Shown here one piece after another: positions 48,951-58,500 of a stretch of 64,000 bases of DNA. The position numbers and the translations under genes were made by a program. Each line of letters begins with the position of its first letter. Position 1 is the stretch's first letter. The DNA comes from an uncultured virus (IMG/VR IMGVR_UViG_3300044733_004038). Taxonomy: Duplodnaviria > Heunggongvirae > Uroviricota > Caudoviricetes. Below the pieces are notes generated by a model. That model saw nothing but the letters and a program-made list of their open reading frames with translations. It was not told the origin of the DNA and ran no database searches. The stretch is from the IMG/VR virus record IMGVR_UViG_3300044733_004038. One strand, written 5' to 3'.

Positions 48951-49177
48951 TGGCAGGCAAACATAAGTGCAAGTTCTGCGATGCCAGACACGACAGCGCG
49001 AACGATGCGATGATTCATGTTGTCAAAAAGCATGCGGACGTAACTTCGTACAAACACTACGACGACCGTGATCACTCGCGCAGGGCAGTTGAAGAGCCCT
49101 GCCCGAGGTGTGGCGCAAGGATGATGCCAATGCTTTCAAAACACTGCCCTTGCGGCTACAAGGCTGCTGCTTCGTAG
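48950..49177 (+). CDS. Zinc-finger protein
   Basis: CKFC...H...H and CPRC...CPC. Confidence 0.6.
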   Translation: MAGKHKCKFCDARHDSANDAMIHVVKKHADVTSYKHYDDRDHSRRAVEEPCPRCGARMMPMLSKHCPCGYKAAAS

Positions 49178-49189
49178 TACAATAGCTCC

Positions 49190-50605
49190 ATGGCCAAGAG
49201 CATCATGGAAGAGCTTGCTAAGTTGCCGCGCGAAGAGCGTGACAAAGTTCTCGACGGAATCGACCCAGAGCTTCTTGTGTGGGACTGGAAACTCTGGGCA
49301 AGGCCGGAACAAGTGCCACCGCCGGGAGATGACTGGTCAATATGGATGTACCTCGCTGGCCGCGGTGCTGGTAAGACGCGGTCAGCTGCGGAGTGGGTTC
49401 GTGATAGAGCTAAGGTCACAAACATGGGCCAACTTCGCTTTGCCCTTGTCGCTCGTACTGCAGCCGACGTTCGTGACGTAATTGTTGAAGGCGAATCTGG
49501 TATCATTTCTGTTTCGCCGCCAAGCGAGCGCCCACTATACGAGCCATCGAAGCGCCGTCTGACTTGGCCCAACGGAAATACGGCTACTTGCTTTACTGCT
49601 GACGAACCCGACGGCCTTCGCGGTCCTCAGTTTCACTACGCCTGGTGCGACGAGATTGCGGCGTGGCGTCAGTCGCCAGACGCTGCGGGCATGACGTCGT
49701 GGGACAACGTTCGAGTTGCAACTCGTCTTGGCGCCAATCCACAAATCATCTGCACTACAACGCCAAAGCGTGTGCCAATGCTGTACGGCTTGCTGAACGA
49801 GGCAGAAAAAACTGGGCGCGTTGTCGTGTCACGAGGTTCGACACTTGACAATGCGGGCAACCTTTCAAGCACCTATCTTGACGCAATCACAGGCGTTTAC
49901 GAGGGCACTCGGTTGGCAGCTCAAGAGCTCTACGGTGAAATGCTTAGTGACATCGAAGGCGCGCTGTGGACTATCGAGCTGATTGAACGCGCCCGGGAAA
50001 AACAACTGCCGCTTGGCGCGCCATTGCGCTGCATCGGCGTCGACCCGTCCGTAGCCGAGAATCCGCGCGACGAATGCGGGATTGTTGTTGTTGCTTCCAC
50101 AGGCGAACGTGACTTGTACAAGCGTCATTCATGGGTTCTCGAGGACGCGTCACTTCTTGGCGCGCCAGACCGCTGGGCCAATACGGTAGTTCAAATGGCG
50201 CGCAAGTGGTCGTGCCCTGTTGTAGCAGAAGTAAACCAAGGCGGCGCACTAGTGCGGAATGCCATCAACACAATCGACCCAACGATCAAAGTATTTGAGG
50301 TTCATTCAAAGGTCGGCAAAGCCTTGCGTGCTGAACCAATCACACTTGCCTACGAGCAAAACCGCGTGCATCACGTCAATTATCTTGCGGACCTCGAGTC
50401 GCAGATGTGCGCATGGATTCCAGGTGAAGGCAAGTCACCAGACAGAGTTGACGCCTTAGTTCACGCACTTACTGCTTTGCTAATCAAGCCACCTGCGGGC
50501 TTCCTCGGAGGAACTATCACAGCCAAGTCGTTGGCGCACAGACGCTTGCCAAGCTTTAGGAACGGCAATGGCCGCGGCGGTGGCCGTGTGTTCTCGCCTC
50601 GCTAG
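49190..50605 (+). CDS. terL: Terminase large subunit
   Basis: Walker A AGRGAGKT, LRGPQF, Walker B WCDE, TTTPK, nuclease GVDP and SPDRVDALV. Confidence 0.93.
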   Translation: MAKSIMEELAKLPREERDKVLDGIDPELLVWDWKLWARPEQVPPPGDDWSIWMYLAGRGAGKTRSAAEWVRDRAKVTNMGQLRFALVARTAADVRDVIVEGESGIISVSPPSERPLYEPSKRRLTWPNGNTATCFTADEPDGLRGPQFHYAWCDEIAAWRQSPDAAGMTSWDNVRVATRLGANPQIICTTTPKRVPMLYGLLNEAEKTGRVVVSRGSTLDNAGNLSSTYLDAITGVYEGTRLAAQELYGEMLSDIEGALWTIELIERAREKQLPLGAPLRCIGVDPSVAENPRDECGIVVVASTGERDLYKRHSWVLEDASLLGAPDRWANTVVQMARKWSCPVVAEVNQGGALVRNAINTIDPTIKVFEVHSKVGKALRAEPITLAYEQNRVHHVNYLADLESQMCAWIPGEGKSPDRVDALVHALTALLIKPPAGFLGGTITAKSLAHRRLPSFRNGNGRGGGRVFSPR

Positions 50606-50655
50606 TGCGGGTATACAATTACACATCAAGTCTTTAAAGAAAGTACGGTAAACAA

Positions 50656-51099
50656 ATGAGCAACGAAGAAACCCCAGCAGTTGAAGAGACTCCAGTCGTG
50701 GCAGAGGCTGCGGTAGTTGTCGAAGAGCAGCCAGTAGCGCCTGCTCCTGAACCAACACCTGAACCAACACCTGAACCTGCGCCGCGTAAGCGTGCGGTCA
50801 AGTCTGGCGTAGGAATTGTCGCAAGCGGTGCGGACAGCGATGACGTGCGGCTTGACATGTGCATCTACAAAAACCCAGCAACACGCAAGTCGTTGTCAGT
50901 ACATCACCTTCAACGTCGTTTAGTCGAATGCGGGTTCAATGAAGCAGGCACTGACAAAGACGGCTGGTATGCAGACGCAACTAAGCGTGCGGTAGAGCAA
51001 TATCAAGCGGCCAACAACCGTGCGGTAACCGGCACTGTCGATGCGGACATGCTTGTAGCTTTGTTCGCTGATGAACCATTCATCAACGTCATCGTCTAA
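50656..51099 (+). CDS. Protein with E/P-rich N-terminus and peptidoglycan-binding domain
   Basis: LQRRLVECGF...DGWYADATKRAVEQYQ...VTGTVD. Confidence 0.78.
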   Translation: MSNEETPAVEETPVVAEAAVVVEEQPVAPAPEPTPEPTPEPAPRKRAVKSGVGIVASGADSDDVRLDMCIYKNPATRKSLSVHHLQRRLVECGFNEAGTDKDGWYADATKRAVEQYQAANNRAVTGTVDADMLVALFADEPFINVIV

Positions 51100-51112
51100 G
51101 CATAGTCACGCT

Positions 51113-51472
51113 CTACATTTCAAACACATCAACTCTATAGTCGAAGCCTTCGCGCTCTACAGCTTGCTCCGCGTCTTCTTCTCGCAAGAAGTAGTGCCAC
51201 TTGCTTTCTACTGAGGAGAATCGCTTTCCATCGTTAAGCCATGGACCTGACCAAGCTTTTCCATCGCTGTGTCGAACAACAACAAATCGCTTTTTCTTTT
51301 CTGCTTTCTCTTTCTGTTGAGCGAACGCAGAGGCGCTAGTCAACATCTCTCTGCCAAATGGATCTCGCCACTTGCTCATCTCTGCTCGAGTGAGAGGAGG
51401 CAAGCTCTTTGCACGCGCGCTTTTCTCACTCAAACTTTGTAGCACACTCACAATGTTTTTTCTTTTCATCAT
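51113..51472 (-). CDS. Leaderless cassette protein
   Basis: TTCCAAAG-TTTT-TATAAT then ATG 6 nt downstream. Confidence 0.65.
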   Translation of the reverse strand: MMKRKNIVSVLQSLSEKSARAKSLPPLTRAEMSKWRDPFGREMLTSASAFAQQKEKAEKKKRFVVVRHSDGKAWSGPWLNDGKRFSSVESKWHYFLREEDAEQAVEREGFDYRVDVFEM

Positions 51473-51824
51473 GTCATCATTATAAAAACTTTGGAATCTA
51501 AAAAAGTAGAGCAACTTTTTTCTTCGCTCGCGCTCAACTTTTCGCAAAGAAAAAAATATTTTTCTAAAAAAGTTGGAGACACTTTACACTTTCTGTATTT
51601 CTATCCATATCCCTCTCTCACGTCCAAGGCAATTATGGCAAGGTACTATACTTCCCCTTGTACATAGTCTTCCGCCGCGGTGAATGACACTAGCAGAAGA
51701 CGCGGCGTGCCTTCGGCACGCACGCAGAGCAGCGCAAGCAGGGTGTGATTTTTCCGCCGCAGGTATTGTCGTGTTCGTCAAACAAGGCAGCGATGTACAC
51801 AATTAAGTATGATACAATAGTGCA

Positions 51825-52358
51825 ATGGAGAGAGCGCAGTTACCTGAGAGTGAGCACCGCCTCCTCGGCGCATTGTCGGGTAACGAGTTAAAGGCCCGTG
51901 TTCGCGAGCTCGTCGCCGCAGGTTGGTCGATGTCAGCCGTGGGCAAGGCCTGTGCGCCGCCCCGCTCCCGATCTACAATAAGATCTTGGATCTCTCCCTC
52001 TTCTTCTTCCGATTCAACAATATCCGCGGTGAAAAACTCAAGCTTTAATTTAGTTCACTCAGTTCACCCCGTTCCTACCGCCCCCGCCAAGAAGGATAGA
52101 TACGCGCCGAAGCGCAAGAACGTTATGCCGCACGCTTCACCGGGGCTCACTGAAGTTGACAAGAGTAGTATCAAGGCTTTAGCGCAACTCGCAAGTAGAT
52201 ATAGATCTACCTCTTCTACCTCCTCCGCCTATGGAAAAGCGAACGCGGATTTCACGCAGTTAGTGAACACGCTGTACTCGAGAGGCGTTACGGTTAGAGA
52301 GATCGCCGCGGCTGCAGAAGTTACCTATCGCGCGATAAATAGGAGAATTACAAGATGA
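51825..52358 (+). CDS. Tandem HTH DNA-binding protein
   Basis: GWSMSAVGKAC...RSTIRSW and GVTVREIAAAAEVTYRAINRR; TACAAT-N6-ATG. Confidence 0.75.
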   Translation: MERAQLPESEHRLLGALSGNELKARVRELVAAGWSMSAVGKACAPPRSRSTIRSWISPSSSSDSTISAVKNSSFNLVHSVHPVPTAPAKKDRYAPKRKNVMPHASPGLTEVDKSSIKALAQLASRYRSTSSTSSAYGKANADFTQLVNTLYSRGVTVREIAAAAEVTYRAINRRITR

Positions 52359-52729
52359 AGGTTCTTCACGATATCTTTCCGGCTCGAGTTCTTGTTGCTC
52401 CGCAGAATCACGGCATCTCGCTTGAGCAGTTGACGACGAAGACCAGCCAGCCGCAACCACCGACGAGGCTTGTTGAGGCGGTTCGCGTGCTGATTACGGA
52501 TTCTCGGGTTTTGATCGCGGCGGACTCACACAAAGGACCTGTGACGATCTTCTCCGAGCCGATTGAACAGTTGAACTGGAGCGGAAGCGCCCGTACCGAA
52601 TCATCACTAACTACCTCTACGGGTAAGACGATTATCTTCGTTCGTGACGATAGCTGCGGTTGCGGAAGCAGATTACGAAGCTGGAATCCGTATAATACAC
52701 TACACTCGAGTAAGGACCCAACTGAATGA
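52355..52729 (+). CDS. Hypothetical protein
   Basis: ATGA-coupled; CGCGSRLRSWNP. Confidence 0.7.
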   Translation: MKVLHDIFPARVLVAPQNHGISLEQLTTKTSQPQPPTRLVEAVRVLITDSRVLIAADSHKGPVTIFSEPIEQLNWSGSARTESSLTTSTGKTIIFVRDDSCGCGSRLRSWNPYNTLHSSKDPTE

Positions 52730-53016
52730 CCGATATCTCAGTATTTCACTTCGTCGTGCTTGCTCTTGGCGTTTACCGCCTGACTAGGCTTGTTACTACC
52801 GATGTACTGCTTGATCGCGCACGGACAAGACTCTGGAAAAAGTATCCGCCCGAACAAGGCGGCATCGGCTACCTGATTACCTGTGACTGGTGCACTAGTG
52901 TTTGGACATCATCAATGACTGTAGTTATGTATATTATGATACCTAACATAGTGTTTGCGGTAGCGTGTGTTTTAGCGCTGTCCGCGATCACAGGACTAGT
53001 AGCCGCGCGTGTTTGA
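52726..53016 (+). CDS. DUF1360 membrane protein
   Basis: YRLTRLVTTD...LITCDWCTSVW, positioned before the portal. Confidence 0.85.
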   Translation: MTDISVFHFVVLALGVYRLTRLVTTDVLLDRARTRLWKKYPPEQGGIGYLITCDWCTSVWTSSMTVVMYIMIPNIVFAVACVLALSAITGLVAARV

Positions 53017-53052
53017 TCGTAAACACGCTCCGTTGATGACGAGGAGAAACTG

Positions 53053-54780
53053 ATGGGCGTCTTCAGGCGCAATCAATCAATAGCACGAACACGTCGCACA
53101 AACGCTACTAATCCGCAGGTATTGTCATCTTCGCTTATCGTGCCTTCTGGATACTCACCAGCTATTTCAGTTCCATATAACGCGCCGCGCGGTCTTACAG
53201 CGGCTGCCGCACAGGTAAGCGTAAACAATAAGAATGAAGCAGAGATGTTCAGGCAACGTCGCTCTGCTGGTTCTAGCCAATGGCAGTCTGAAGCCTGGGA
53301 GTACTACGACGCTATTGGAGAAATTAAATACGCTTTTAACTTAGTTGGCTCAGTCGTGTCACGAATTCGTTTGCACGCAGCAGTTGTTGAGAACCCAGCA
53401 GAGATGCCTGTCAACGTTCGTTCAGCCACTAAGGTGGACGCTGCACTAGCCGCGGCAGCAGAACGCGCGCTATCGCGTCTTGACTCTGCTTACGGCGGCC
53501 AAGCTGGAATGCTTCGAGACGCAGCGTTGAATCTTAGCGTTGCAGGCGAGTGCTATCTCGTGCAGATGCCAGCGCGTCCCGGGCACAGTATTCCAGAGTC
53601 ATGGGACATTCGCTCAGTAGACGAAGTGTCGCTTGACACGCGCGGTAACTACGTCATCTCGCCTCGACGAGAGTTGTCTGGTCAGGACGCTACACGCAAA
53701 GGCGGAATTAAAGTTCCAGGAAGTGCGTTTGTTGGCCGCATCTGGCGCGCGCATCCTCGCTACAGCGACGAAGCAGATTCATCGCTTCGTGGACTGTTAG
53801 ATCTCTGCGCTGAACTTATGCTTTTGAATCGCACGTTCCGTGCAACTGCGCGGTCACGATTAAACGCAGGAGCTTTGTATTTGCCAGACGGACTTAGCGT
53901 CGCTGCTAATCCAGATCCTGACTATCCTTACGACACGGGCTCAGATTTTGAGTCAATGCCGACGCCTGAAGAGCAACAAGACGAATTTGAAGACGCGCTG
54001 ATCGATGCTATGACGACGCCGATCCGCGACGAGGACTCAGCAAGCGCTGTTGTACCGTTGATCATTCGCGGCCCAGCAGAGCTTGGTGACAAGATTAAGC
54101 AGTTCAAGTTCGAGCGTTCGTTCGACCCGTCACTTGCTCAGCGAGCTGACCGTGTTCTTGAGCGTATTCTTCAAGGCATCGACATTCCAAAAGATGTTGT
54201 TACCGGAATGGCAAACGTAAAGTATAGCAACGCACTTCAAATTGATGAGTCGTTGTATAAGGCTCACATCGAACCGTTGATGCTGCTTATCGCCGACGCG
54301 CTGACAGTTGTCTATCTGCGTCCATACTTGATTGCTAATGGATTTGATCCAACGGAAGTTTCACGAATTGTCGCTTGGTACGACCCATCGCAGGTATCAA
54401 CTCGTAATGACCGCGCTGCAGACGCTGACAGTGGATTTGACCGTGGTGCAGTTTCATACGATACTTGGCGCCGTGCTCATGGATTTAGCGAGGCCGACGC
54501 ACCAACAGCTAAGGAAGTCGCTCTTCGTATGATAATCGACAAGGGCGTAATCTCTCCTGAACTTACTCAAGCTGTGCTGACGGCGATCGCGCCTGACGTC
54601 ATGGACGCTGCAAGAAGCGCACAGCAAGCTACGAGCGTCGCGCCTGTGCCGTCTGCACTACAGCAGATTTTGCAGGGCGCGCCAGAGACAGAGACAGCGC
54701 AGCCGAGTGCTGCCGAATCGCCAGTAGAGACGCCGACACCAGAAAAGACGACAGAGCCGACGCCAACAACAGAGGTGTAA
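53053..54780 (+). CDS. Portal protein (mycobacteriophage cluster B-like)
   Basis: WQSEAWEYYDAIGEIKY...SRIRL, NLSVAGECYL, RIWRAHP, RSRL.AG.L and SASAVVP; position after terL. Confidence 0.82.
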   Translation: MGVFRRNQSIARTRRTNATNPQVLSSSLIVPSGYSPAISVPYNAPRGLTAAAAQVSVNNKNEAEMFRQRRSAGSSQWQSEAWEYYDAIGEIKYAFNLVGSVVSRIRLHAAVVENPAEMPVNVRSATKVDAALAAAAERALSRLDSAYGGQAGMLRDAALNLSVAGECYLVQMPARPGHSIPESWDIRSVDEVSLDTRGNYVISPRRELSGQDATRKGGIKVPGSAFVGRIWRAHPRYSDEADSSLRGLLDLCAELMLLNRTFRATARSRLNAGALYLPDGLSVAANPDPDYPYDTGSDFESMPTPEEQQDEFEDALIDAMTTPIRDEDSASAVVPLIIRGPAELGDKIKQFKFERSFDPSLAQRADRVLERILQGIDIPKDVVTGMANVKYSNALQIDESLYKAHIEPLMLLIADALTVVYLRPYLIANGFDPTEVSRIVAWYDPSQVSTRNDRAADADSGFDRGAVSYDTWRRAHGFSEADAPTAKEVALRMIIDKGVISPELTQAVLTAIAPDVMDAARSAQQATSVAPVPSALQQILQGAPETETAQPSAAESPVETPTPEKTTEPTPTTEV

Positions 54781-54782
54781 CA

Positions 54783-55565
54783 ATGTCAACTGAGCCAATT
54801 GATCTTTTAGATTCGTATCAACCAGTTACCGCCGCAGGGCGCGGTCCTTGTTGGGACGGCTATGTTCAAGTTGGAATGAAAAAGAAAAATGGCAAGATGG
54901 TCCCAAACTGTGTGCCTAAAGACGCAGCTACATCTCAAGAATTTGCAAAGTCTCGTCGAGCTCCTAAGAAAGATCGTATCTACGGTTCTAAGAAGAACAA
55001 GCCAGGCTCGGCAGCAGGTGGCAAAAAGATTACGTTCTCTGCTAAGACAGAAACGGCGCTACGCAACAAAGTCAAAGAGCACAATGAAAAAGCTCCAAAT
55101 GGCCGAAGAGCAACGATGGCGCAACTTAAGGCAGTCTATCGTCGCGGCGCTGGAGCATTTTCAAGTTCGCATCGTCCAGGCATGACAAGAGACCGCTGGG
55201 CAATGGCTCGTGTAAACGCGTATCTTCGACTTTTAAGATCTGGACGACCAGCTAATCCAAACTACAAGCAAGACAACGATATTCTGCCAAGCGGTCACCC
55301 TAAATCATCACGAAGTAAGACATCAATCACGGCTTCTGGACTTCTTGACGTCGAGATCAAAGATGAAGCAGATTACGCTACACCAGAAGATGCGATATTA
55401 GCTTTTGCTGAATTTTCTGGTCAAGGCTACGAAATTATCCCGGCGCTTCGCGCCGCGTGGGTTCGTGCTGTGCGAGCAGACGAAAGTCCGTACATAAGAG
55501 CTAAAAGACTTGCTGTTGACTTGTACAGCAGTATTGACTCAGACCTGTTACCAAAGAAGAGATAA
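54783..55565 (+). CDS. Head-module basic protein
   Basis: PCWDGYVQVGMKKKNGKMVPNCVP motif and LKAVYRRGAGAF...WAMARVNAYL domain. Confidence 0.75.
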   Translation: MSTEPIDLLDSYQPVTAAGRGPCWDGYVQVGMKKKNGKMVPNCVPKDAATSQEFAKSRRAPKKDRIYGSKKNKPGSAAGGKKITFSAKTETALRNKVKEHNEKAPNGRRATMAQLKAVYRRGAGAFSSSHRPGMTRDRWAMARVNAYLRLLRSGRPANPNYKQDNDILPSGHPKSSRSKTSITASGLLDVEIKDEADYATPEDAILAFAEFSGQGYEIIPALRAAWVRAVRADESPYIRAKRLAVDLYSSIDSDLLPKKR

Positions 55566-55576
55566 AGTAGGTAAAC

Positions 55577-58500
55577 GTGACTAAGCACAATAAACAAAAG
55601 AAACGCAGCTATCAGTATAGTCACGCGTTTGCTGACCTGCCATTGACATATCAAAAAGCTCTAAAGGGTGCGATCATGGATATGGTCGTCAGTGCAAACT
55701 CAGAGCTGCAAACACATCGTCAGATTTCACCGTACTCTGCTGTAATAGCAGCTTCACGATCTCTTCAAACATCGTCTTCAAGTGCTAAGCCTGCTGCACG
55801 AGTTTTTGCGGCTATACGAGCTGTAAATTCATTTATAAACCTTTCACGAACTGGAAAGCCTGGTGTAGAGCGTCTGTCTAACACAGATCTTTTGCCAGTC
55901 GCGCATCCGCTTTCTACTCGTTCACACACGATGAATGAAGCGTCACTACGCGCTGCGCGTGCACAGTGGCTTGCCGCTGATCCACGAATTGACGATAACT
56001 TACGAAATCTTGTCGCAGCAGCGTACTCGCAGACTCCAGGTTCTGTCGAACATCGCCATGCGTTTACACGAATATCAGTACTTCCAGTAGGCGCTATTCC
56101 ACGCGACATTAGAATCGACGCTGATTTACAGTTGACACCTATCATTGCAGTTCTTGGTCTCGGTGGAAACTCAGACGCTGCTAGAAGTCTTCGTGCCAAG
56201 CTTCAACGTCGCGACCGCAAAGGCCGTTTTGCTGAAATGGGCGGCGGCTGGTCGTTCAAGTTACGTCTGCCTGACGGACTGTTCAAGACGGTGTCGGGTC
56301 GTGTTGTTGGCGCTTCAGGTACTGACGCAATTGAGATCGAGGTAACTGGAAGCAAAGATCTTGACGACGGCGTCTACACTATGCCATCTGCAAAGGGTGA
56401 GTCAGTTAAAGCTGTTCTTCCTACAAAAGCTGTAGAAGAACTTCCAGACCGTGATGATGCTATGGACGATGTCTATGTAGACTCAGCAACTCTCACGCGC
56501 AAGGATGCTCCTAGCGGTTGGAAGCAATTAGGCAAAACGCGACAAGTGGGCCGCACGTCTTATTCTGAATACACAAGCGATGACGGCTATACAGTAAAGC
56601 GCGAAGCACGACCTAACGCGGCTGGCACAGGCGTTGACTACGGCTACTCAGTGCGACGAATGGAAGCGACTGACACTGATCCGTTTGCAAAAGATAAAAA
56701 AGTAATGCGCTCATGGAGCGAGGTTCAAAAAGCTGTTCTTGCTGATCAAGACGACTACAAGCAAGATCTTGAAGCTCTGTCAACACCAGCAGACGAGCCA
56801 CCATTCGCTGTACCGAACACAATTCCAAAGGGTAACGGAGTAAGTATCTCGTTCCCACTTGCTGAGTACGAATATGATTTAGAGACTTTTGCTGATCAAG
56901 TTAAGAGAGCTAATGATCTTGGCGGATTCGTAGAAATTGACACAACACCAACTCTAGAAGGCGCAGATGCAATAGTTGTCACGTTCAATAAGCCGCGTCT
57001 TACACCAGCAGAGGCTAATGCGTTCCTTGGCGGCCCAGGGCGCGACGGAGCATTCGACGCTAGGTTTGAAGACGACAGCGAAGGCTCCGAGCGTGAAGAG
57101 CTGTTTGACGAACTCACTAAAGGCGCTCCAGGCGAGCCACCAACTGGCGCCCCAGGCGAGCCACCCACAGGCGGAGGTCCTGGTAGCCCCGAGCGTGACG
57201 AGTTCCTAAGAAACACAAGTGGATACAACATTGGCAACATTGATGGCGACGAGTACGAAGACCTCATTAGAAACATTGATGATAATGATTCGTTTAATCG
57301 TTCTGAAAAGAAAGCTATTGTCAACGCTTTTGAAGAGCGGCAAGACAAAATGGACGCGGCTAAAGAAATTGAAGATTCTGATGATCAAGACGAGGCGATG
57401 GAAAAAATTGCAAATGACTATTTTGCAAAAATCGCTGACATACTCGGCTACGACGACGAAGAAATTGCGCGTGCGTTTGGCGGAACAACCGAAGGCCCGG
57501 GCGAGCCACCAGCCGGCGCCCCAGGCAAGCCACCTACAGGCGGTCCAGACGAGCCAGACGACTACGGCAAATCTCAAGAGATTGTAAGCAAGCTAACAGA
57601 AGCGTTAGAAGAAAAAGGCGTAGACGTTGATAGTCTAACAGACGATGTGCTTGATTATCTAAACGATCAAGCTTCGCAAATAGAAAATGGCGAAACGTCT
57701 GTAGAAGATGCTGTTAATGCATTTGTAGATAGATGGGGAGACGAGCTTGATCTGCCAACTGCCGGCCCAGGCGAGCCACCGTTTACATCACCAGAAGCTG
57801 CTCGAGACATTCTTGACGAAGGCGCACTTACAGCGGAAGGAATTCTTACAGACATTGATGATGCAGATCTCGATGACTTAGACGACGACGATGCGAACAT
57901 TCTTGAAAAAATCAATAAGCTGTCGGACTCTGCTAGAGACGCGCTAGACAACATAGACCCAGAGGGCTCGCAGCTTAACGATATTTACTTCGATCAAGCT
58001 CGCGCTGACCTTGGAGAAATGGCAGAACTTCTCTCTAACGCGACTAATGCAGACATGCAAGACGCCGGTTCTGTGCTCAAGGAAGCAGTTGATGAGTATC
58101 TCTCTCTTCCAACTATTGATTTTAGTGGTAGGCGTGCAGAACTTGAAGTCGCTGCTGAGCCTTCGGCGCTAGACGGTGTAGTTAGCGAAGTAAAAGCGTT
58201 ATTCGACTCTTATAACAGTGGAGCTGTCGATGCAAGCGAAGTTTTAGATCTACTTGGCGTAGCTATTGACGACGTGCCAAACAACGATCAAATCTATAAC
58301 AGTCTGAAAAAGCAAATAGAAAACGTCGAGCTTCGTGGTTTCTCTATAGAAAAAGCTAAGTCCAACGCCGAGAAATCTATTAGAAAGTTAGCCAGTGAAG
58401 AAGGAGCAGTGCCGTACCTTACTGCAGAAAAAGCTCCTAGTACGCCTGAGACTAACGATCCAGTAGATCAATCATTGTTCGATGAAACGTTTATCACTTC

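Larger units (their letters stand above)
29229..51496. promoter_or_regulatory. Dispersed family of ~30 promoter elements (ACTCGAG)TTCCAGAG-N4-TATAAT, often followed by an ACGAAAGGAC RBS
   Basis: Plus-strand copies near 29229, 29639, 30490, 30790, 31134, 31649, 32131, 32642, 33137, 34268, 36179, 36745, 36946, 37124, 37463, 37907, 38266, 38546, 39610, 40763, 42505, 44369, 44585, 44932, 46261, 46723, 47166 and 47787 (degenerate); minus-strand copies at 43952-43969, 44313-44330 and 51479-51496. Confidence 0.9.
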
